A DNA stretch of 32,000 nucleotides from Nitrosopumilus maritimus SCM1. Its GTDB lineage: Archaea > Thermoproteota > Nitrososphaeria > Nitrososphaerales > Nitrosopumilaceae. How positions within the stretch are numbered: position 1 is the stretch's first letter; every line of letters starts with the position of its first letter. A model generated the notes under the pieces. The model worked only from the letters and a program-made list of their open reading frames with translations, did no database searches and was not told the origin of the DNA. Position numbers and translations under genes: made by a program. The DNA is taken from the NCBI RefSeq assembly GCF_000018465.1, contig NC_010085.1, positions 960,001 to 992,000 of the forward strand, read 5' to 3'. Shown in pieces: positions 16,264 through 25,175 of the stretch.

Positions 16264-19200
16264 CTACTGATTTTTGGACAAAACTTCATTAAGTTTGTCA
16301 TTCAAGGATTCTAGAGATTTTATCACATCAGTGGATAATGGTTTTTCAGCTTGACGATTAATCAAGAATAGAATTTGATCTTCAATCTCCTTTAGTTCCT
16401 CTTGGACTTCAGCAGAAGTCTTGCTCATGTGTTCTTTTAGTTTAACCTGAGTCTGCAACAATCTTCTAATTTGTGCTTTTTCTCGTTTTATTTGATCAAT
16501 TATCTGCATTTCATCTTCGGCAAGTTTGATCATTTGGTCTTCATGGTCTTGGTGACTCTTTTCGAGGTCTATTTTCTCTTGCTCAAGGCTTTCCATTCTC
16601 ATCTTGTTTTCAAACTCTTTTTCTCTTAGAGAACTAATCTGGGCTTCAAGGGATTCCTTCTTCTTTAGTGCTCTTTGTTCTGCAAGTACGCTGATTTGCT
16701 CAAACTTTTCAAGTTCATCTTGTAATTTTTGTATCTGTTTTTCAAGTGCAGGGGATATGACTTGGGATTTCTTTTCTGCCTCATCACGTTTCTTCATCAA
16801 TTCTACTAGTTTGATTTGTTGGGTTCGTAGGTCGTTAGTGACAGTCGCACCTGCTTCAGCTTCCTTGATTTGTGCTTGCAGTAACTTTTCATTCAAAGAT
16901 ACAGGATCAACAGGTCTTGCTTTGGATTTCTTGCCCAGTATCTTTGAAAGCCAGGATGGTTTCTTGTCTACAGATTCTTCTTGACCAGACTGGACTAGAG
17001 AGGTTTGTTTGGAAGATAATTTCTTTTCGAGTTCTTTGCGTTCTGCAGTGAGTTTTTTCAAATCAGCATGCTGAGAATTCACCTGTTTTTGAAGTGCGGT
17101 TTTTTCTGACTGGATTTGCTCTAGTTTAGATTGATGCTGTTTGGTTATGGTGTCAATTTCTGCTTGTTTTGATTCTAGTTGCTCTTTTTGTAAGGTGAGT
17201 TTGGATTCTAATTCAGGGTAGGAAGTAGGTTTGGATTTGATTTCCTCGAGTTGAGATTGTTGGAATTTTACCTTATTTTGGAGTGCAGTCTTTTCTGACT
17301 GAACTTGTTCTAGCTTGGATTGATATTGTTTGGTGATAGTGTCAATTTCTGCTTGTTTTGATTCTAGTTGTTCTCTTTCTAGTGTGAGTTGAGACTCTAT
17401 CTTAGAAGAAGGTGATTTTGACTTGAGTTCTTCTAGTTTGGATTGTTGGAATTTTACCTTATTTTGGAGTGCAGTCTTTTCTGACTGAACTTGCTCAAGT
17501 TTGGATTGGTGTTGTTTGGTTAGGGCATCAATTTCTGCTTGTTTTTTCTGCAGTTCTTGTCTTTCTAATGTTAGTTGAGATTCTAGTTTGGGTGAGGATT
17601 TTGACTGAATTGTATCGAGTTCTGCTTGTTTTGATTCTAGTTGTTTTTGAAGTGCGGTCTTTTCTGACTGGACCTGTTCTAGCTTGGATTGGTGTTGTTT
17701 GGTTAGGGCATCAATTTCTGCTTGTTTTGATTCTAGTTGTTCTTTTTGTAAAGCCAGTTGAGACTCTAGTTTAGGGTAGGAAGTAGGCTTGGATTTGATT
17801 TCTTCAAGTTTAGTTTGTTGGAACTCTATCTTATTTTGAAGTGCAATCTTTTCTGATTGTACCTGTTCTAGCTTGGATTGGTGTTGTTTGGTGATAGTGT
17901 CAATTTCTGCTTGTTTTGATTCTAGTTGCTCTTTTTGTAAAGCCAGTTGAGATTCTAATTCAGGAGAAGGTGATTTTGACTTGAGTTCTTCAAGCTCTGC
18001 TTTTTGGACTTCTAACAATTTCTGAAGTGTAGTCTTTTCTGACTGGACCTGTTCTAGCTTGGATTGGTGTTGTTTAGTGATAGTGTCAATTTCTGCTTGT
18101 TTTGATTCTAGTTGTTCTTTTTGTAAAGCCAGTTGAGATTCTAATTCAGGAGAGATTGTAGGTTTTGATTTGATTTCTTCAAGTTCTGCTTGTTTTGAAT
18201 CTAGTTGTTTTTGGAGAGCAGTCTTTTCTGATTGGACTTGTTCTAGCTTGGATTGGTGTTGTCTTGTTAGAGAATAAATCTCGGCTTGTTTTTCTTGTAG
18301 TTGCTCTTTTTGTAAAGTGAGTTTTGATTCTAATTCAGGAGAGATTGATTTTGATTTGGTTGCATCAAGTTCTGCTTGTAGTGTTTGTATTTTTTCATGA
18401 AGTGCAGTCTTTTCTGACTGGGACTTTGACATTACAGCTTGATATTCTTTCATAATATCATCTAGTTGAGCATGTTTTTTCTTGTAATCATCAACTTGAG
18501 ATTGTAATTGAGATTCCATTTTAGCTGAGGAAGATTTTGATTTGGTTGCATCAAGTTCTGCTTGCTGAGATTGGATCTTATTTTGAAGGGCAATCTTTTC
18601 GGATTGTATTTGTTCTATCTTGGATTGGTGTTGTTTGTTGATAGTGTCAATTTCTGCTTGTTTTTCTTGTAGATTGTTTTCTAGATCCGTTATTTGTTGT
18701 TCATTGTTTATTGAATTAGATTTTGATAGATTTTCCAATTGGACCTGTTGAATGTAGAGTTGTTCTTCAAGGGCTGCCTTTTCACTTGCAAGTTTCTTTT
18801 CAAAGGTAGAACGCTCTTCAGAGATAGCCTTGAGTTCAACTTGTAGTGTCTGAATCTTCTCTTCTAACATAGCCTTGTCTGCTGTAGCCTTTCGTTTTAC
18901 AGACTCATAGTCATGGGCCATCTTTTCAAGTTCAGCCTCCTGGGCTCGAATCTGCTCAGTTAGGCTGATTTTTTCCAAGTCATTTGTTTCTTGCTCAGAT
19001 TTTTTTGCAAGTAGTTCTCTGTCTTTTGCTAGTTTTTCAAGTTGTGTTTGTTGAGTTGCAATTTTTTCTTCTAGCTTCATCTTTTCAAGTTTAGCTTTTT
19101 CAAGACTCATTTTGTGTTCTGTTTCTTCTCTGTCTTGAGCAAGTCTTTCAAGCTCTGCTTGTTGAACGTGTATCTGCTCTTCAAGTTTAGCTTTTTCAAG

Positions 19201-19884
19201 AGATGCTTTTCTTGTTGCAACACTATAATCACGAGATAATTGACTGAGTTCTTCTTGTTGCTGTTTGATTTTTTCTTCAAGTTCTGCTTGTTCTACAACT
19301 TTTTTAGATTCAAACTCTGCTTCTTTTTTAGCAAGGTCTCTTTCACCACGAAGTCTCTCAAGTTCACTTTGCTGAGAATATATCTTCTCTTCTAGTTGTT
19401 TTTTACTTTCTTGAAGTTCAGTTTGTGAACTTTCGTAAGTCTTTTTTAATGCATCAAGTTCTGATTGTTTTTGTTTATGTTCTTCATCAATTGTGGAAGA
19501 GACGGTTGTAGATTCAGAGGATTTCTTTTGAGCTACCTCAGCATAATATGATTGAGTTACACTGTCAAGATAATTTTTGTCAGATGCATGTATTGTTTTT
19601 CCTTGTTTTAAAGAATGTAAAATATAGCGTAGTCTGTTAGAGTCGCCAAATCCTTCAGAAACTAGTTTTGAGATAAAATCAATTGATTGTTCTGGAGGTT
19701 GTGTCTCATCAGCAGTGTATTCTTGTTCAACTTTCTCTTCAAGGTACTGCTTATCAGACTTTGCAAGGACTTTGTTATTTTTTATAGAATTTAGTATATG
19801 GCGAAGCCTACCAACATCACCCTTATTCTGAGCGATGAGATCCTCTAGGAACGTTACAGTGTCTTCTGTAGACAGATTGACCAA
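16264..19884 (-). CDS. 1206-aa long coiled-coil protein with duplicated N-terminal module
   Basis: Full-length ORF with no signal peptide or TM seen. Heptad-rich throughout. Two N-terminal copies: FLEDLIAQNKGDVGRLRHILNSIKNNKVLAKSDKQYLEE and FISKLVSEGFGDSNRLRYILHSLKQGKTIHASDKNYLDS. Confidence 0.85.
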   Translation of the reverse strand: MVNLSTEDTVTFLEDLIAQNKGDVGRLRHILNSIKNNKVLAKSDKQYLEEKVEQEYTADETQPPEQSIDFISKLVSEGFGDSNRLRYILHSLKQGKTIHASDKNYLDSVTQSYYAEVAQKKSSESTTVSSTIDEEHKQKQSELDALKKTYESSQTELQESKKQLEEKIYSQQSELERLRGERDLAKKEAEFESKKVVEQAELEEKIKQQQEELSQLSRDYSVATRKASLEKAKLEEQIHVQQAELERLAQDREETEHKMSLEKAKLEKMKLEEKIATQQTQLEKLAKDRELLAKKSEQETNDLEKISLTEQIRAQEAELEKMAHDYESVKRKATADKAMLEEKIQTLQVELKAISEERSTFEKKLASEKAALEEQLYIQQVQLENLSKSNSINNEQQITDLENNLQEKQAEIDTINKQHQSKIEQIQSEKIALQNKIQSQQAELDATKSKSSSAKMESQLQSQVDDYKKKHAQLDDIMKEYQAVMSKSQSEKTALHEKIQTLQAELDATKSKSISPELESKLTLQKEQLQEKQAEIYSLTRQHQSKLEQVQSEKTALQKQLDSKQAELEEIKSKPTISPELESQLALQKEQLESKQAEIDTITKQHQSKLEQVQSEKTTLQKLLEVQKAELEELKSKSPSPELESQLALQKEQLESKQAEIDTITKQHQSKLEQVQSEKIALQNKIEFQQTKLEEIKSKPTSYPKLESQLALQKEQLESKQAEIDALTKQHQSKLEQVQSEKTALQKQLESKQAELDTIQSKSSPKLESQLTLERQELQKKQAEIDALTKQHQSKLEQVQSEKTALQNKVKFQQSKLEELKSKSPSSKIESQLTLEREQLESKQAEIDTITKQYQSKLEQVQSEKTALQNKVKFQQSQLEEIKSKPTSYPELESKLTLQKEQLESKQAEIDTITKQHQSKLEQIQSEKTALQKQVNSQHADLKKLTAERKELEKKLSSKQTSLVQSGQEESVDKKPSWLSKILGKKSKARPVDPVSLNEKLLQAQIKEAEAGATVTNDLRTQQIKLVELMKKRDEAEKKSQVISPALEKQIQKLQDELEKFEQISVLAEQRALKKKESLEAQISSLREKEFENKMRMESLEQEKIDLEKSHQDHEDQMIKLAEDEMQIIDQIKREKAQIRRLLQTQVKLKEHMSKTSAEVQEELKEIEDQILFLINRQAEKPLSTDVIKSLESLNDKLNEVLSKNQ
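17050..18340 (-). repeat. About seven tandem ~61-63 aa coiled-coil repeats (LESQLALQKEQLESKQAEIDTITKQHQSKLEQVQSEKTALQ...SKP/SP)
   Basis: Direct reading of the protein and DNA. Two more diverged units lie upstream, to ~18690. Confidence 0.8.
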
Positions 19885-19951
19885 TGAAATTCGCCTAATT
19901 TGCGATCCGATATCTGCTTAATAAATTACCGATCAATTGATCTTGACAAAA

Positions 19952-21844
19952 CTAGACCTCAACAACAGGTATGGATATAGAGACTGTGGTTTTGTCATCA
20001 GAATCATCTATGCTTGTCGTGCCTGCATGGTCTTTTAGAATTACTTTAGCCATGTAGAGCAGGATGTGGTCTGTTTGAGCAATTCCAACATCATTATCAT
20101 TTAAGGGAGAAAAGATATCAGAATCCATCTTTTTGTCAGAGGTTAATTGGATAGTGATGTTGTTTTCATCTGATGTTGTTTTCATCTGAATAGCACCCTC
20201 ATCAAGATAGGTCATAAAAATATCAATTATGTATCGTAATGCTCTTTCCAACTGATGGGAATCTGCAAACACATATGCATTATCAGATTGTTCCAGGTTC
20301 ATCACCAATTCTTTCTTTGGAGTCTTTTCAATGTCTTTGAGAGAAGAAGTAATGACTTCGTTTATTTTAACATCATTCATGTCATAGGATAATTGTCCTT
20401 GTTCCAAATTGGAAATGTCATTAACAGTAGCAGTTAACAGTTTTAATTGAGACAGTGTATTGTCAATTGAGTTAAGGACTTCGTCTTTTGTTAGTTTATT
20501 ATTTTTTAAAAGATCTGCATTTTTAGCTATATCGCTAATTGATTGATTTGTTTGTTTAGAGATAAATCCCATTATGCTTTTTGTCCATGAATCAGTTTTT
20601 TCAATTTTAGATAATGCCCGTTCTAGTTCATCAGTTCGTAATTTTACAAGATCAGTCAAATTGGAGTTTGTAAAATTAATGCTATCTCTCATGTATTCAA
20701 ACTTGTTAGCAAGATCACCTATTTCATCATCTGTTTTAATGTCAAAGTAAACATCAAAGTTTCCATCTGCGATTTGAGAAGATGCATCACGTAATTCTAT
20801 CAAAGGTTTGGAAATAGATGTTTTAATGTAGAACCAAACAATTACTGCAGACATTATCGTAGTAACAAGTACAATCAAAATTATGTTAGTTAATACAATT
20901 ACAGGAGATAAAACTTCATCAATGTTCTTTTCTACAACTAAATTCCACCCTAGAGGCAATGATGTTTGATCAGGTTTTGCATAAACTTTGAGAATATCAC
21001 TTCCTTCAGCACTTTGAGCAATGTAAAAATCTGATTCTTCAGACATCAAGAGAAATTCTACAAGAGAGATATTCTCACCAAATTCAGAGCCAGTAGTAGA
21101 GTAAATCACTTGGCCTTTATCATCATGAAGAAAAATATTCGTTCCTAGGAACTTGTTTGTCTGTTGGAGATCATGAATTTCAGCTATCAAATCCTGAAGT
21201 TTTATTGTAGTCTTCAAGACACCTAAAAATTCTCCATTTTCATTGTCAATTCTAATTGCAATATTTTGTGAATAAACTTGTGAATCATTATCATAAGATA
21301 CCGGATCTACAAAATTTCCAGTAGAAACTACAGTACTCCACCACTCAGCGTCTTTTACATAATATTCAGGAATGCCACGGTCATATGCAACCAAGATTCC
21401 ATTTTGATTAAAGATTCCAATTTGATCATATATTGGATAAGAGAATTTGGTCTCAACAAGATTTGATGCAAAAACTAATTTTTCAGATAATTCATTGCCT
21501 TTGATTTCATCCATTAAAGGCAAAATTTGGTTTTGATCAAGTGCATCATTCCATTCAGTGTTTGTTTCACTTATCTGAGAATCAGTCAAATCCACAGATT
21601 GAGAATTTGATTCGAATAGAACATCATAAACAAGATCTTTATCAGAAAATTCAATCAAACCATAGGTTTTGTCATCAATGCCTTGAGTCATGTCAGAGAC
21701 AACATCAGATAATGATTGAGAATAATCCTGACCAATGTTGGCAATAAGATTATCTTGTGTCGTAGTAACTATAAGAAACCCCATAATCACAATTGATGTA
21801 ATTATAACTGTAAAACTAAGTAGGATTTTCTTTCCTATCTGCAC
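19952..21844 (-). CDS. Cache-HAMP transmembrane sensor with histidine-kinase-like, apparently degenerate, C-terminus
   Basis: 630 aa, GTG start. N-terminal TM (KKILLSFTVIITSIVIMGFLIV), extracellular Cache-like region (YPIYDQIGIFNQNGILVAYD...), second TM, HAMP (SISKPLIELRDASSQIADGNFDVYF..DDEIGDLANKFEYM), then a region colinear with HisKA/HATPase. Confidence 0.8.
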   Translation of the reverse strand: MQIGKKILLSFTVIITSIVIMGFLIVTTTQDNLIANIGQDYSQSLSDVVSDMTQGIDDKTYGLIEFSDKDLVYDVLFESNSQSVDLTDSQISETNTEWNDALDQNQILPLMDEIKGNELSEKLVFASNLVETKFSYPIYDQIGIFNQNGILVAYDRGIPEYYVKDAEWWSTVVSTGNFVDPVSYDNDSQVYSQNIAIRIDNENGEFLGVLKTTIKLQDLIAEIHDLQQTNKFLGTNIFLHDDKGQVIYSTTGSEFGENISLVEFLLMSEESDFYIAQSAEGSDILKVYAKPDQTSLPLGWNLVVEKNIDEVLSPVIVLTNIILIVLVTTIMSAVIVWFYIKTSISKPLIELRDASSQIADGNFDVYFDIKTDDEIGDLANKFEYMRDSINFTNSNLTDLVKLRTDELERALSKIEKTDSWTKSIMGFISKQTNQSISDIAKNADLLKNNKLTKDEVLNSIDNTLSQLKLLTATVNDISNLEQGQLSYDMNDVKINEVITSSLKDIEKTPKKELVMNLEQSDNAYVFADSHQLERALRYIIDIFMTYLDEGAIQMKTTSDENNITIQLTSDKKMDSDIFSPLNDNDVGIAQTDHILLYMAKVILKDHAGTTSIDDSDDKTTVSISIPVVEV

Positions 21845-21863
21845 CCTTCTACACCTTTACTGA

Positions 21864-21873
21864 TTTATATAAA
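21864..21873 (-). promoter_or_regulatory. Putative TATA box (TTTATATAAA) for the sensor gene
   Basis: Palindromic TTTATATAAA centred ~25 nt upstream of the GTG at 21844, in the divergent intergenic region. Confidence 0.45.
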
Positions 21874-21988
21874 TTCTAAAGTAAAAATTCCTGATTCATC
21901 AAATATCTATTTTTTAAATCAGAGTACAAAAATGTCACAGGTAAAGCAGAAGATTTAAACTGATTATTTTCATATTCGAAAATACGGT

Positions 21989-22393
21989 TTGTCAGATAGT
22001 GAAGAGATTATCAAAGTAATTGAAGCATTGTTTGAAGCAGGCATTACAAAAGACACATCAGTTCTAAAAGACATTCACCTCAACGACCCAAAATTTTCTA
22101 GTTTCAGTGACTTGCCACCATATGACCTAAAAGATTATCAAAATACCATAGAATTAGAGGAACTCAAGTTTGTCAGTATTTCAGATTATAGTTATGAGAT
22201 AAAAAATCCAAAAATCAGTATTTTTGGAGATTCAGCAGTTGTTGCAATGGAATTAAACCAGAAAGGAATGCTAGTTGATACCAAAGCATACACAGGAGAA
22301 CATATGGAAATTGAAGGTAGAGCCACTTTTGTTTTAGTAAAGCAACCAACATGGAAAATTGCACACATTCACCTATCAAAGATTAATGGATGA
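21989..22393 (+). CDS. NTF2-like/SnoaL-like small domain protein
   Basis: 134 aa: EIIKVIEALFEAGITKDTSVLKDIHLNDPKFSSFSDLPPYDLKDY...ATFVLVKQPTWKIAHIHLSKI, typical NTF2-like layout. Confidence 0.7.
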   Translation: MSDSEEIIKVIEALFEAGITKDTSVLKDIHLNDPKFSSFSDLPPYDLKDYQNTIELEELKFVSISDYSYEIKNPKISIFGDSAVVAMELNQKGMLVDTKAYTGEHMEIEGRATFVLVKQPTWKIAHIHLSKING

Positions 22394-22394
22394 A

Positions 22395-23390
22395 TTAATT
22401 CTTTTTTGGTTGAGGTTTGTTTTGGGGTTTGTTTGACTTGTTTTGGTTTGGCTTTTTGCCTTTGGTTTTGTTTTGATTAGGATTCTTTCCTTTTGATTTG
22501 TTTTGGTTTGGCTTTTTGCCTTTGGTTTTGTTTTGATTAGGATTCTTTCCTTTTGATTTGTTTTGGTTTGGCTTTTTGCCTTTTGATTTTTGTTTCTTGT
22601 TTGAATCTTCGTTTGCAAGTTTTTTGTATAGTTTGAAAGCTTGATCAACATTTGCATTTTGATGAATAATTGCTCTTGTTGCTCTAATCATGGCAACTGG
22701 ATGATCAGATTGCCAGATGTTTCGTCCCATATCAACACCAACAGCACCTGCCTTGACAGCATTGTAAGTTAATTGTAATGCATCACGTTCTGGGATTTTC
22801 TTTCCTCCTGCAACAATAATTGGTACAGGACAAGATTCAACAACTTTTTCAAAATTATCACAATAGTATGTTTTTACAATATGTGCGCCTTGTTCTGCAG
22901 CCATTCTACAAGCTAGAGAGAGATATCTTGCATCTTTGCCCAATTCTTTGCCAACTGCAGTTACGGCCAAAACCGGAATGCCATATTGCTCTGCTTCGCT
23001 GACTAGTTTTCCGAGATTAACAACTGTTTGATATTCATATTTTGAGCCTACAAAGATAGACATTGCAAGGGCACTAGCATTTAGTCTAATGGCATCTTGG
23101 ATTGATACTGTAATGTCTTCTTGAGACAAGTCATCACCAATAATACTAGAACCACCAGATACACGAAGTACCATAGGAGTATCAGTTTCTGCAGGAACAG
23201 ATGTTCTCTGAACACCTCTAGTTAACATCAAAGAATCACAGTGTTTCAATAGAGGTGCAATGACCTTTTTTGGATTCTCTAATCTCTCAGTTGGTCCAAG
23301 AAAATATCCATGATCAACTGCTAACATAAGTGCGCGGTTATTGTGTGGTTTAATTATACTAGATAATCTGTTTTTTAATCCCCAATCCAT
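22395..23390 (-). CDS. DeoC/class I fructose-bisphosphate aldolase-like (LsrF/AroA'-type) enzyme with repetitive basic C-terminal tail
   Basis: 331 aa: NRALMLAVDHGYFLGPTERLENPKKVIAPLL...VKTYYC...PVPIIVAGGKK...AVKAGAVGVDMGRNIWQSDHP, followed by K/N/Q/G repeats. Confidence 0.85.
   Translation of the reverse strand: MDWGLKNRLSSIIKPHNNRALMLAVDHGYFLGPTERLENPKKVIAPLLKHCDSLMLTRGVQRTSVPAETDTPMVLRVSGGSSIIGDDLSQEDITVSIQDAIRLNASALAMSIFVGSKYEYQTVVNLGKLVSEAEQYGIPVLAVTAVGKELGKDARYLSLACRMAAEQGAHIVKTYYCDNFEKVVESCPVPIIVAGGKKIPERDALQLTYNAVKAGAVGVDMGRNIWQSDHPVAMIRATRAIIHQNANVDQAFKLYKKLANEDSNKKQKSKGKKPNQNKSKGKNPNQNKTKGKKPNQNKSKGKNPNQNKTKGKKPNQNKSNKPQNKPQPKKN
22441..22580 (-). repeat. 60-bp perfect tandem repeat (about 2.3 copies) encoding KGKKPNQNKSKGKNPNQNKT
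   Basis: 22441-22500 is identical to 22501-22560, and 22561-22580 starts a third copy. Confidence 0.95.
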
Positions 23391-23427
23391 ATTCCATCGA
23401 ATTTGAGATGCCTTTCTTAAGCCTTTC

Positions 23428-24456
23428 TTATTTTGTAATGATTATTTTCATTGCATTGTCACCACTTCGTGCATGATCAAATGCCTTTTGAGTATCATCA
23501 ATTGGATAAGTGTGTGTGATTAACTGTTTGACATCAATTTGTAATGATTCGATTAGATTCAATGCTTCTTTTGTATCATTATCAGATGCAGCATAACTAG
23601 TAACAAGAGTGATTTCTTTTGAATAGATTTTACTCATGTCTAAATCCATTTTTGCACCTTTTGAAGGAACTCCAAACATCATTATAGCACCGCCTTTTCT
23701 AACCATATCAATTGCATCATCAAGAGCTTTGAGACTGCTAGTTGCAACAATAGCAACATCAACTCCTTGGTTGTCAGTATGCTCTAAGATTTTCTGTTTC
23801 TTAGTTTCATCCATAGAGTTGATGGATTCTGTAATGTTGAATTTTTTTGCAAAGTCCAATCTAAAATCATTAACATCAAAACAGAAGATTTTGGAGAATT
23901 TCTTTGCCTGAGCAAGCATCACATGCATCATTCCAGTAGGACCAACTCCAAAGATTGCAGCACTGTCTCCTTCCTGATAATGGTATTTTGTCCAGGCCCG
24001 AACACAACATGCAAGTGGTTCAATCATCGCAGCTTCTTCAAAACTAAGAGAATCAGATATTTTCAAAACTCCACCATGAGAAACATTCCATGCAGGAACA
24101 ACATATTGCTCAGATAAACCACAGGGAGACAGATTAGTTTCATAGTATTTTTTGCACATTGTCTCGTTTCCATGATTACAAAAATGACAATCATAACAAG
24201 GAACATGATGGTGAGTAAATATTCTGTCACCTTTTTTGAATTCAGTTACACCAGAACCAACATCTAAAACAATACCAGCAGGTTCATGGCCTAGACGCAT
24301 TGATGGTTGTCCATATTGTCCAAATACTTTTTCCAAATCAGAGCCACATATTCCACATGCATGCATCTGAACTAAAATTTCACCAGACTCCAAAGAAGGA
24401 TTTTCTGTTTCACTTACAGAGATAACTGATGGTTCTTTAACAGATGCAGTTTTCAT
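23428..24456 (-). CDS. Zinc-dependent MDR-family alcohol/polyol dehydrogenase
   Basis: 342 aa: MHACGICGSDLEKVFG..LGHEPAGIVLDVG.., four-Cys structural zinc CYDCHFCNHGNETMCKKY, and Rossmann AIFGVGPTG. Confidence 0.9.
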   Translation of the reverse strand: MKTASVKEPSVISVSETENPSLESGEILVQMHACGICGSDLEKVFGQYGQPSMRLGHEPAGIVLDVGSGVTEFKKGDRIFTHHHVPCYDCHFCNHGNETMCKKYYETNLSPCGLSEQYVVPAWNVSHGGVLKISDSLSFEEAAMIEPLACCVRAWTKYHYQEGDSAAIFGVGPTGMMHVMLAQAKKFSKIFCFDVNDFRLDFAKKFNITESINSMDETKKQKILEHTDNQGVDVAIVATSSLKALDDAIDMVRKGGAIMMFGVPSKGAKMDLDMSKIYSKEITLVTSYAASDNDTKEALNLIESLQIDVKQLITHTYPIDDTQKAFDHARSGDNAMKIIITK

Positions 24457-24492
24457 GATTTTCAGTAGAAAATTGATTATAAGTAGATTAAA

Positions 24493-24786
24493 TCAAACAC
24501 CAAGAATCTTCTTGAGCATGACTCTATAATCAACTTCAGTTTTTTCGCTTCCTGTTGCAGGTAATGCAAATACCAAAGTAGATTTTTCAGCCCTTAATGC
24601 AGTCAATTCATCATTAATGGATTCAGTGATATCATCACTAACTAGTACCAGTCCAACATCAGAATCATCAGTTAATTTTCTGATATCTTCTAAAGCCTTT
24701 TGAGGAGTATCAGAAATAACGCCTGGAACTCCTGCTAACTGAAAACTAGTTACAAATGATTTGCTTCCAACAGTGAAGATTTTCAC
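24493..24786 (-). CDS. atpF: A/V-type ATP synthase subunit F-like protein
   Basis: 97 aa: MKIFTVGSKSFVTSFQLAGVPG...DSDVGLVLVSDDI...VFALPATGSEKTEVDYRVMLKKILGV. Confidence 0.75.
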   Translation of the reverse strand: MKIFTVGSKSFVTSFQLAGVPGVISDTPQKALEDIRKLTDDSDVGLVLVSDDITESINDELTALRAEKSTLVFALPATGSEKTEVDYRVMLKKILGV

Positions 24787-24871
24787 AAATTCAAATTTTG
24801 CCCATTCTAATTTAACCCTTTTTGGAAGAGTAGATCAGAAGGTTGATTTAGTTTAAAAAATTAGTAGTTTC

Positions 24872-25174
24872 ATGACAGAAATTGACACTCAAAAAGACTT
24901 CTATCTATTCTTGCATGGAAAAATGGATCTTAAGCAAAAGGCAACTGATGTTTTGATTGCAAAAGGATGTTCTGAAGAAAAGATCACCATGGGTGCACCA
25001 ACAAAAGTTGGTAATGTAGGGGATTATATGGTTCAATTATGGCCACCAGGACCAGCACCAAATCAAATCAAAATTCAACAAATAACCAAAGTTGAAGAGG
25101 TTGAACCAGAAGGAATGATAGGTCTTTGGAAAGGGGTTTCAAAAGAAGATGTTGAATCTATTCCATTGGAATGA
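24872..25174 (+). CDS. Conserved-looking hypothetical protein, 100 aa
   Basis: Complete ORF with an AT-rich promoter-like stretch (gatttagtttaaaaaatt) just upstream and coding-like composition. Confidence 0.6.
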   Translation: MTEIDTQKDFYLFLHGKMDLKQKATDVLIAKGCSEEKITMGAPTKVGNVGDYMVQLWPPGPAPNQIKIQQITKVEEVEPEGMIGLWKGVSKEDVESIPLE

Positions 25175-25175
25175 T

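Noticed and set aside
15581-17774. Plus-strand ORFs 15581-16165, 16604-16984 and 17469-17774
   Set aside because: Antisense to clear coiled-coil coding sequence; Ser/Val/Leu-rich mirror translations of Glu/Gln/Lys repeats.
22441-22580. Possible CRISPR or regulatory repeat array
   Set aside because: Direct 60-bp tandem repeat with no spacers, in-frame inside a CDS, and encoding a regular peptide repeat.
22376-22657. Minus-strand ORF KTKPKAKSQTKTNQKERILI...
   Set aside because: Alternate-frame reading of the 60-bp repeat in the aldolase tail; no independent support.
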